Positions 41,813-53,800 of a stretch of DNA of 64,000 nucleotides are shown here, one piece after another. Under the pieces are notes generated by a model that saw only the letters and a list, made by a program, of their open reading frames with translations, was not told where the DNA came from and made no database searches. The number at the start of each line of letters is the position of its first letter. Position 1 is the stretch's first letter. This DNA comes from Balanoglossus misakiensis (Eukaryota; Animalia; Hemichordata). A program made the position numbers and the translations under genes. The stretch covers positions 2,702,760 to 2,766,759 of the forward strand of contig CM082576.2 of assembly GCA_040954595.2 (NCBI GenBank). Direction: 5' to 3'.

Positions 41813-44800
41813 ATGTCCAACCAAAGCACCGTGATACACGTTGGAAGTCAGGAAAACATCGGGGACAGTGAGACTCTCTTGATACCGACCACCAAAGAGA
41901 AAAAGACTGGGGAGAATACGCTGACGGAAGTGGAAGCGACTGAAAGAACACGCGAGATCAGCGATGTCAACAAAAACGACTGCATCGCACCTGAGCAGCT
42001 GACCAAAGAGAAGTTAAATGACTTTGATAAAAATGAAACCCTTCAGAATGGGGGAAAACAGGATGATTGGACAAAACCTTTCAAAAGGAGATCATCCATT
42101 GAAAACTTTGGAAGATTCGGTCTGCTGACCCCGGCACTTATTCTTGTGCCTCAGATTGATGGGGTAGGTGGCTTACAAGTTGATGTCAGGCAGTTCTCGT
42201 ATGTAGGCGTCTTGATTGCATGCCGTCATTGTAGTGGCAAATTAAAAATGGTCAGGGTTTCACTTTCAATAGAATTTCCAATCAAGTAAAATCAATTTGC
42301 TGCTAAATTTAACCTGATAGTACTTAATAGAGTGTGTTAAATAACTGCGTCCAGTGCTTGGCTTTAATTCAACAACTTCAGCATATGCTGTGACGTGAAT
42401 CAGCCTCTTTGAAGAGTGCGTCGGCAAAGTTTAGTGCCCGGTGAAATGAATCCTAGGTACCATTTTTGGGTTCAGAACCACATACCATGCATCTACATTA
42501 TGCTTGTGAGTTGAAGAAACTGTCCAAAAGAGATGTGACAAAATGTAAAAGGTGGCTTAAATAAGCCACTGTGAAGATGCTGTTGTGCATGAATTGTGTA
42601 TACATGTATGTATGTATACACTGATTGGTGACTTTGTGTTCATCATTACCTACATCTATACATGTACGATGTATGTGTATGCATTGTGAGTTATTTCTGT
42701 ACTGTGACATCTGTTAATTCAGGTCAGTTTAATAATACATGTATGTGGGCTGATGACAACTAAAAATAATTTTTCACGATGTTCTCATATTGAATGAGGT
42801 GTAGATTTCGCTTGGCTCTTGTTGGTAGCTTTCTATAAAGAAGGTTAATATATTACATGTACGTGTGTTGCATAACTTCACTGAAGTGTTTTCATTTAAC
42901 GCTGTGTAACTGTTTTATTCCACATTAATTGTGTTACCAGGTGGTTCAGAAACTTAATACTTGGCATACCAATGGCGATTTCCATGGAATGTGTCGTGTT
43001 ATGTTTTGACTGGGTAGTGAATATGAGATTCCAAAATGTGACTGTGAGGTCAAAGTTCAAACCAACAATACGACCAATACCAGCCCCTATTTATAGCAGT
43101 GCAGTATCCCATCCCCCAGCATAATTCCATATGCTGAAAATAAGTCAAGGCCATTCCGCTGAAATTAATGCAATTTGGAATTAACATTGGCTCTAATTCA
43201 ATTGCTGTGTGAACAAAGGGTCTCTGATTATTGATTCCCATGTCCATCTCTCAGAAGCTGTCGTAGTTCAAGTTCAGAGCTTTATTCTTTCCTTGATTTG
43301 GACTTCTTCAAACATGACAAAACCTTAAGTTCTGTACTGCTATTGCAGTTAGATGGAGTTTAAAATTTGAAAGCTTTAGTCGGGAGTGAGTGAAAATTTA
43401 AGTGCCTTAAAAAACAGTTTCGGTGATCGGGTGATGATATCATTCGATGCATTGAGCCCCGAGGCACAGTTTTGTGAAAACAATTGTCAAAATGACAGTT
43501 ATAAAATTTATGAAGTTAACAATTGTGCATTACTGCAAAAATTTAAAGAATCATTTGACTATATTAGTGAATTGTTAACACCCAATCAGTAAATGAAAAA
43601 TAAACTCAGAAGCCACGTTTTGTACCTGCATTGTAATTAGCGTACATTGTGATAGCTTCGACTTAATTGCATGGGTCAACATGAAAATGATACTGTCAAG
43701 CATTTAATAGCGCAACAGAAAAAAGTATTGATCATTTCTCTGTTGATATTGCTGCACATGTTGCTTGATGTCTGTCTACAGTATGTTTGAATTGTTTCAA
43801 AGCCCTTGCATACTGGTATTTGGGAAATAAATGGCATCTTAAGCACTTCTGTGTGTATTTCCAGTTGCCTGTGGTACAAAATTTGAATAGACTGGAGTCA
43901 GGTTACTGTATTGGACGTGCTGTGACTATTTAAAAAAAGTATGACGTGAAGTAGTAAGAGATGACCTACCGTACCTCTGTCGTCAACGCTGGCTTGTTCT
44001 GTTTGGTCAGTGGGTTCGTCAAGTCCACTCTTGATAGTCAGGTTAAATTGATGGCCAAGCTGTCAATCATCATTAAGGTATTGAGCCAATTACAATACAC
44101 TAAATAACAGTTGAGCCGAGTATCGATTGAGATCAGGATGCCATCCCTGTGTGTCGGTCGTTCGCAGTGTTGATGACACTCCAATAGTTTGAAGCCGCAG
44201 AACATAAGTGATGAGTGCTGATGCCAAATGGTGCCCCCTGGTGGTGATGGATGGATTGATGTTCCATACATGGTAGTTTATGTGCGGAATGGTGTCCATT
44301 GCATTGCTCACTTTGTTACAGTGGTAGTCATAATAATTGTGTTAGCCATACGCCAGAGAGCAGGACGGCTGACTGCTATTAAAACTGTCAATATAAATGC
44401 ACTTATAGATCTTATGTATGACATGTGAAACGTTTATAAATACATCTCAGAAATTATTTTTATTGTATCTGTTTGTGAATTGTAATTATTTCTGGTAACT
44501 TTGTGGATTTCCAGTTATTGTTATTCGTAACTGCTGTGAGTTATGGAGGGCTAGACAGCTGTGGAAAATATTTGCAAGAAAGTTTAGACATTTCCCCATT
44601 TTCTTTTTCGCTGGCTGTTCTCATCTCTCACACAACACTGGGTGGTCTTGGGACACATTGATATCATTTGAATTTGTGCCAAGTTTTGAAGAAATGTGAA
44701 AGTTCATATTTTGACAGCTGAAGTATATGATGCCCAACATTTCAAGCTGATGCAGGATTTTGTATCATGGCATTCCAATGATGAGTACTGGCAATCCATA

Positions 44801-47800
44801 TGGATTACATGTGAAAATTACCAGTACCGGTACTAAGAGTTTCTTTGTTTTTCTAACTTCAGAATGATGCTTTGACGCAGAGATTCCCAGACCTTCAAGG
44901 TGAAAACAGGGAGCTGATCCTAGCTGCAGCTCACATCGATGATGCAATCAACGGTAGAGGTCGATACGGAAAAGCCAGGGCGATATTCAAGCCAAGAAAG
45001 GCTCAAACGTAAATTTCTCATTTTGTCTTGTCAGTTTTTAAAACAGGAATGAAAGTTTCTGAAATCAAGGTGTTGCAGATAAACTATGTTATTGAGAAGA
45101 GGAGCAAAATCATATTTTTAAAAAAAATTATTTGGAAATCTGTTAATCTTGGCTCTTACAGAACGGAGACAAACCAACATCGTATTTGTCTTTTATTATA
45201 TCTTTCAGATGTTTTGCAATTCTGGACAGCAGGTGGTTTAATAAGATAGTTTTAATTGCTATCATCATACACACTTGTCTTATATTCTTTGAACCTCCAC
45301 CTGTCAATGGGTAAGTGGGGTGTAATTTGTTGTGAGGAGCGGCTACCGTCTTCTGTCTTCAAAAAGCCATTAAAATAGTTTGCACTTGGATACCAGACGA
45401 GTTGTCAAAGAAGTCACACTTCTCTTGTGACTGAAATGAATTACTGAAAAAAACAAAACAATGTATCACTATCATTGAATCTAACTTAGGCTTCTGAGAG
45501 AAGTAGCGAATCTTATAAAATAGGGGAAAAAAGAAGCTTTCATAAAATGAACTGATATGTGCTTGGTAATGTCATAAACTAACATGACTATTATTTTTTT
45601 GTTTTCATCTTTTTTGTAGGACTTCCCCAGCAGTCTTTGCCCTTACAGCAGTTTGTTTACTTGTTTATTTACTGGATGTTTTGCTTTATATTACATTTTT
45701 AACGTGGCCAGTGTTTTGGTCCATAGCAGAGAACAGATGGATGAGGTGAGTTTGGCAGGATTTTTGTGTGTATAGTTCTGATATCCTATTGTCTGCTAGT
45801 ACAGAGTCAATACGAAATGAACTTTGACATGTTTCACTTTTTTTCCATTCCAGAGTGGAGTTTGTGTTTCTGTGTATGTTTACAGTGGATTTTATTTTTT
45901 TGATAATTCAAGAGAGTATACAAATGGTGAGTCAGAATTTCTTTTCAATGAATGAAATATTATAAGCTCTCTGGAATCTTTTCATGCGATGTTTTACTCT
46001 GCAAACGTAAAATCACTGTCTAGTGCATCTGTATGCATCTTGTTTTTCTCAACACACAATTACCCAAATACCTGGTGGGTACATGTCTGGCTGTACAAAA
46101 CAAACAAAAGAGTTTGTCATGTTACATGTACAGGCTTTAGAAACTTAGGCATGGTAGAGGTTAATGACCTGAGGCACTTGTGGCCAAGTTGCCATGACAG
46201 CCGTCGTGTTTATTTTCTTCAGGTACTTGAGAGTGCGGTAACGCGATTCTAAAAGTACGAACAGTTTTAAAGGTTCTTTTCTCACCGAAGTCTGTCCAGT
46301 CATATTAGGTGACCCCCTGACCCCTTGATAAGAAGGAGACAGGGAAACTCTCTGAGTGTGCTCGTCTGTGTGTTTCAAGATGTTGAGTTTTAGCTGTGAT
46401 GTTAATTTGTGGTGAGAAAGTTAGCAACAAGGTCCTCACATGGCGACGTTGAGTGAAATAAAAACAGGATTTCAGTTTGTCTGCAAACCACCAAACAAAA
46501 GTGAAATTGACACTTGCATTCAGAGGGTATAGAATGTACAGGTACCCTAAAAAGTGAGAGTAGATGTTTTGTCATATTGTTTGTGCCATTGATCTGCACA
46601 GCTATTGACCTACTGGGCAATGAGAATGGTTTGGAAATCTTTACACTAGAGTTTGGAAACTTCCATTAACTGACATTTATGCCCAGCGGCTTAAGTCTGA
46701 ATGTATTGTTGAGAGGTGTTGTGCTCCCTAGTGGGGAATTTGGATGATAAAGGAAGTAAAAGAGAGAAACTACATGTAAATGCAAACCGTGGTTGTTGAG
46801 TCTTTGCCATGCCAACGTCATTGTTTTATTAGTTTTGTCCTACACTGAGTTGATGTGTTTTTATGTAGCCTGTGATTTCAGTACTACATGTATATGTACC
46901 TGTTAATGGGTTGTGAAATGTGTAGACTGGTCATTGCAAGCAAAATATGAACAGTAGTTTGCAGGTTGTTCCAAATGAAAGATGTACTCAGTAGTTTTTG
47001 TTTTTCATCATCTAAAACTTGATTTTTGTATGTCACTTTTCCCATGAATTTGTTACAGTTGGTGATCATTTTACTTTTCAGAGACTAGCGCAACCTTTCA
47101 GATGTCTTCGAGCTGCTTTGCTACTGTGTAAATTAAATAATGTTGGTCACATTTATGACGTTGTTTTATCCATTGCTGTGAAAATGGCAACAGTGAGTAC
47201 AACATCCCTTTCATCATTGTAACATTTTAAAATACAACTTTTAGGTCCAGTTTGAGTACAGGTGACCATCCTCAGTAATCAATCTTGTTGACCCCTGACC
47301 TTATTTGTATAAAAAAGTGTGATTCAAGATATGAAAACCCCAAAATGGACAGTGTCAAATCCATAACTGTTGTTCTTCAACACGACGGATTGTATATTGT
47401 GTACATGTACATGTATGTAACAGTGCAGCTTATCCATGTCTATACTGCATATTATATTATTGTCTGTCTTTTTATCTTTTTGACAGATTTTCTTCATAAT
47501 CACCCTGTTCATTATTCTCTATGCTGCCATTGGTCTACACCTTTTTGTTATGGACTATCATTACATCGGCTGCAACAACACAGGGCTGGTGAACTGCACA
47601 GAAGATGCTGATAATATCTATACTGGGTAAGTTGTTCTCACTCAAACCTTTGCACCTAAAGCTTTCTGTGCCTAAATTTCTTGACAAAAATATTGTCATC
47701 TTGATGTTATTCTTTTGTTTTATACAAATATGTTGTGTTTTGTGGCAAACTTTGTGGCAAAAATGTTGATTCTTATTGTTTTATTGAAATTCTGTTTCAG

Positions 47801-50800
47801 TGCATTTGATCATGTTGGTATTGCTTCATTGAGGCTGTTTGTTCTGCTTACAACTGAAAATTACCCAGTGAGTACCACTACCCATTTTCATGTAGAATTT
47901 TTCAACAGAAGTCTGCCTTACATGCAATTAGATTCGACTGAGAGCGTGGTAAATCTTCACTCACATTTTACAGAAACTGCATGAAAAGACAGGTTCGGAA
48001 TTTGCAAAGCGTGTACTCTTCTCACCATCTTTGTATTTACTGAAACTCAAATATTAAGTAAGTTCTAATTACCGATATAACAGATGCTACTCAGCATTGT
48101 TCAATGGCTTGGATGCAAATATGTTTTAACTATGTTTTTTATAAAACTTAAATTTTCAATTTTTTTTTTTTACCTCATCCAGGCATTCATATTACCAGGC
48201 TATGCAAAGAGTGCATACAGCTTCTTCTATTTTGGAATATTTATTTACGTTGGTGTGTTTATCTTACTGGCAATTATGCTTGCTGTCATAGTTGATGGAT
48301 ATTGGTACGTATTTCCTCAGTTATGAAGTATATTGAAGTAAGGACCAGGATTAACAATTTCATCGTGCACATTTATGGTTGTCAATTGACACACTACATG
48401 TTGGTTTCTCAGAGTATCGTACATATAGTCACTATGACTTCCACCAAAGAAACTTATTACCATAAAAATCATCATCATCATCACCACCATGATCACCTGA
48501 ACTACATGTATCCTATCGCCAGGGTGTTTGCCAAGAAACATGTCAAACTGGAAAGGAGCAGGGAGAGAGCTGAACTGGCCAAAGCATGGAATCTACTGGA
48601 TCCACTAGGAGCTGGCATCCTGGAAAGGAGCGATCCCAAATTCTTGACTTTATTCCGGCTTCTAAGACCAAAGGTATACAAGCTTATGCTGAGTCTATCT
48701 GAATAAATTATAAATTCTCACCTGCCAAATTATGTGTACAAAGCAGGATTTGGCGAAATTCTTCAGTGTGAAATTGTTCAATGTTCAAAAACAATCTCTC
48801 GTTTTACTTCTCTGGCCAATCTCAAGTGACATTCATGGTTCATTTATCCCATATTTTTTTTGTTACAAAATTCAGAACACGGATGACATGAACCAGCAAC
48901 TGATTGATTACCTAGATGGAAATGATGATGGACACATTGACTCCTTTGAGTGGACAACAAGGCTGAATGAAACTCTGAGTTTTGAATTTGAAGAGGATGA
49001 AATGCACCTGCAGGTATGCTGTCTTTATTGGCAATTAACAGTTCCTAATTATACATGGTCACTAGAGGAAAATGTTCCTAAAAATGTGAATGTATTGATT
49101 TTGGACATTTAAATTAAAAATAGAAACACAGTACACCGAGTATCCAGCCTGTCCCAAGTCTCACTGTAACTATATATTAAAACAAAAACCATTTTCTTGT
49201 TTGACAGAGGACTTTTCCCAGATGTTTCCAGGTGATCAGAGATGGAGCTCACCGATTGATCAACTCTAGAGTGTTCTCCATAGCCATTCTCATCTTAATC
49301 ATTGTACATAGGTGGGTTAAAGGGCAGATAGCTGTATATGTAATAGCTTGATATTTGAAACATATGCCTAAAAATGCATCTGAAAGGTTTTAGGATTATT
49401 CCCAACCGCTGGGGTGGTTTAAAGGTGTATTGTAGCCTTCACAGTGAAAGCAATGTACAACCAGGTTGACATTTCGAGTTACTGGCTGTCTTACAGTTCC
49501 TGGTGGTCGATATGTATTTTGTCTTCAAAAAGATGTTTGCTTCATGCAGCATGGAGAAGGGGGAGATCAATTGAACGCATGGTGGTCGTTCACTGACGGC
49601 AGATCCTGAAGTGTCTCTCTTTGTGTTTCAGTGTCTTGTTTTGTGTGAGATGGTGGGGAATGAGTTACATGCAAGAACTTATCATTCAAGCAATCAGAAC
49701 CGTCATTGTGTCCATCTTTGTGGTAAGTTTATCATTATTCATGAAATGGATCATAAACTATCAAATGTGCATGTACATGGTCAGTGTCAAAGTTTTTGTT
49801 AGAGGTATCCTTTTCGAATGTTTTTTGTTAGTTTGAAGGATTTTTAACATCACCTCCATGAAAGTATGAAAATGAAACTTGTGTTATTTGTTTGCTGATT
49901 ATTACAGTTTGAGATTATTCTGAGAATGATGGGAGAGGGGCGTGGCATGTTACAAATCTTGGAGATACTGGACCTTGCGCTGGTCATCATAGCGTTTGTA
50001 GCCAATCTTGTTTGGTATGTGTTCATCGATAACACCATACACAGAGGAGCATGTGTTGTGACATCCTCGCTGGCTGTTGCTCTCCGAATGGGGTTTAATT
50101 CAGCTCAGGTGAGTCTATGTTTTCCATTGTTTTCCATTGTAATCATCCCTCAGGTGTATGAGTCAACATTTGTGATGTTGCATTGGAGATTTGGAGGAGT
50201 AACCAAGTACATGTAATAATATACAGAATCTTGTAAAATAGAAGGAAGTTGTGATTTGCTGTGTTTTCTTTTCCTTCTGTGATAAAAAAAGCACACAATT
50301 AATTCATATTTTGATATTTATTGTATGTTTATTGTAGACAAAGAGGCTGGTCAGTCTACTTATGAAGATTTTCCCTGTCATGTTCGACCTTACTGTGCTG
50401 GTGGTTATTATATTGTAAGTATATTTGAGATTTAAGATTTTGCCTGAGATTTGTTTGTGAATATTGTGATGAAGGAATGTGGAATTTCTAACATGTATCT
50501 TGGATTATCTGTGCCACAAAACTCAAATGCAGGCAGAGACATAGTTGTAGTCCTGTACTACCCATTACCTGTTTTCCCTTGTAGTTATTTCTTCTCCGTG
50601 GTCGGCTGGGAATTGTTCTACGGTTCAGCCCCTGATCCCACCTTTCAGACGGACTACTATCAGTATAACTGTGGACTTGGATTTCAGTCATTTCCGTAAG
50701 TGAGAAATCCGTTATCTTGTGAAGCAAAAGGTGGGGATATACATTGAAAAAAAGTTGCAAGATATGTACACTTTGCAAGATTTTGTAGAAGTGAGGAGAC

Positions 50801-53800
50801 TTACAATTCAACAAAATTTAGAGATTTGTTGATAGAACTGTGGGTTTGGGATGTACCTTGTTCCAAGTTTGTTTCAGTCCATATGTGCATGTCATGCGTC
50901 CATTATTGATAACCAAATCTTTTTTATTGTATATGATATTTTTTTATTCTATAATCAGATGTTCAGTGCTGGTGATATTCCAAGTCATGACGACCAGTAA
51001 CTGGCATGAAATCATGAATGCTGTAAGTTGTGGATTTCCATTAAATGAAAATGTACCGTAAAGAAAAGCTATTTTGTTTTGTAACTTCTGAATCATCGAT
51101 GTAAAAAATGGAATTATTCCAAACAGAAAAATTCCTATCATTAACTTAAAACAAGTTATAACACAGTGCTTTAATTCATTGTGCTTTCTGTTTCAACTTG
51201 CTAGGCCATGCTGTCGACCAGTGAGTGGGCGTGCCTTTATTTCATCACCTGCTTCTTTGTGATGGAGTTGATGGTTATGAAGTAAGTGTTGGAAATTCAG
51301 GGAGATTTGTGGTATTAGTATTAAAACATGAGAAATACTGAGAGTCCAAAACTGTTCCAATGGATAAAATGATTTGTTCATCTCACATGAAAGGTTTCTT
51401 GAAACTTTCTCTAAGATCTTGAAGCAATGTCAAAGCTGACATTTATGTGTTGTTACTATTGTAGTGGTGAGATTTTAATACAATCTGTTTCCTTCCCTCC
51501 AGTATATTTGTTGCCATAGCGATTGAAGCATTCAACAAATTAGGGAGTGAGAAAGAGATGGAACAGATGATCCAGGGAGATGATGTCAGCACAGAGGATA
51601 AGGTGAGAGGCAATCAGTGTCTGCAGACAATGTTGAAGTGTCACGATGCAGTTACTGTAACATCTTTACAGTTTCTACTCCGACTTTAAAAGACCTGGCT
51701 TGACATTTTGTGGAAAGTTGTGCATCATAATTTTACTACGATGACTTTTTTTTCAGGGCACGTTGGCGTCCACTGCCAAGAACTTCATCTCAGATATGTT
51801 TGAAAGCTCAAGGGTAAGTACGTCACGGAAGGTCACACATCGTTTTTTGACTCATCATTTATACCAAAATTCTTCTCCATCTTTGACTAATTCCTTTGTA
51901 TCATGGAAACTTGTAACTTTAATATCATCATGAACGTTTCAGTATGATTTAGTTATTTGTGAAGAGGTGTGTCTTTTACAATTAAAGAGGTTGACATCTA
52001 TTGATTGGTTTATTGAAATTTTGTTGAACAATTTAATGAGTATTTGGCTTTGATTTCCCTTTATCTCCTTCGCTGTAATTTTTGCAGAATGAGCCCGAGA
52101 GAAAACATGTTGCTGCAAGAAGAGGCAGTCACATTGTAAGTACATGTAGTCTTTGGAGGATCCAAAATCATTGAAAATAGCTGGATAATTTCACCATCAT
52201 GTTTAATGGAAAATCTCCCCCAGCTGATGTGGTATTCCCGAAATCTTCCAAATATAAAAACAACATTTTTTTCATCTTTTCAGAGTGCCATTAGCACGCT
52301 GCACATATCAGAGAAAGGAAGCAGTGTAAGCGTTCGTCCTGAGGAGGTTGGTGCAGTTTTGAACTCTACATATTGGAATGATGTTGTAATTGTCTGTATG
52401 GTGTGGTCAGTCAAAGGAAAACAAAGTACTTCTTACATTATTGAAAAAGCCATTTTTTATTTGAGACAAATGACTGATAAATTGATACCACATTCTTTAT
52501 TATTGAAATAATGAACAAATTAAGACAATTTCAACATTTCTTTCATAAGGGAAAGGACGACTTCTCTGACCTGCCAGCACAACTGAGACGAGAAAAAATG
52601 CTGAAACAGAAGATGGCACAGAGGAAGAAGAAACATGCCAAGTCAGCCATGACCAAGATTATTGTGATGACAGCATTCAAAGCGGACAGAGAAAATGAGA
52701 TTGACCTGAATGTTGGTGAAGAGGTCAATGTCATGGAAAAGGTTGGCAGACTCTTGTGAATTTTGACCCAAGATATTTCAAATCCAGTTGCATTGATTTG
52801 TGTTCGTTTGTCAAATCATGATCTCTGCAATCTTGCCTTAACATTGTCACCATAACTATTTGCTTGTTCCCCCCAGAGAAACGATTGGTTGTTGGGATCT
52901 GTGGGCGAGAAAACTGGATGGCTTCCAGCATCGCATGTCCGAGAGATGAAGAGGACTCACTCAGTGGAAGAGTCCGGCCATTCCGGCAGTGCCAGTCCTA
53001 AACCAGCATGGAACAGAAAAAGTATTGAAAAGTCAGATCAGAAGACGCAAGAGTCAAAGGTATGAGATGTAGGAATGTTTGTGCTCCTGTTGACATCATT
53101 TTTGGGGATCATTATCTGCCTGTTCCATTCACTCTTAAATAAACCTCATGACCTCTCATCACCTCTGGCCCATTTCACCAGGGTGACAAGAAGGGAGGCG
53201 ATCACACATCCTTTCACAATGCCGCCTTGGCCGCAGCTGCGACAACCCATCTACAGGTTCAGCAGGCGTCGTCACAGCAACCAAAACTGAAAATCAAGAA
53301 GAGGGAAACGGATTGGAGGAAGAGTATTCTTGGTGACATCACTGTCATGAATCCAGAAGAGGTAAAAGTCATGGCTGTTTTTCTGGGTTCTCTGTTTGTT
53401 TGATCACATTTGTTTGTCCCTTACCCCTGGTGACCCTTGACATCACATGGAGAATTGTCCCATAACATAATGCAATTACTGTTGTAGGTCCGAGAACTGA
53501 ATAAGATCATGAAATCTGAATTGAAATACCGCGGTAGGATGGTAGCTGGAGAGGTGAGTGCATAGTCTTCATAATCCACAAGGATTTGAATTTGGCATTT
53601 GATTATTTGCCTTTGCCTTGAATTTTCAAAAGTGACTTGATGTTTGCAAAATCTCATTTTATGTTAAATCACTAGTGTGGAACTAATTATTGTTTTATGA
53701 TTATTCTTCTCCATTTTTCAGTCTTCTGGATCCTTGCCAGGAACAATGAAGTTTGCATCAACTCTGTGAGTATATAAAGTTCGGAAAATTTTTCACCAAA

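Noticed and set aside
48466-48495. Poly-His tract in ORF 48302..48706
   Set aside because: It is an intronic (CAT)n repeat upstream of the acceptor at 48522 and is not part of the spliced channel.
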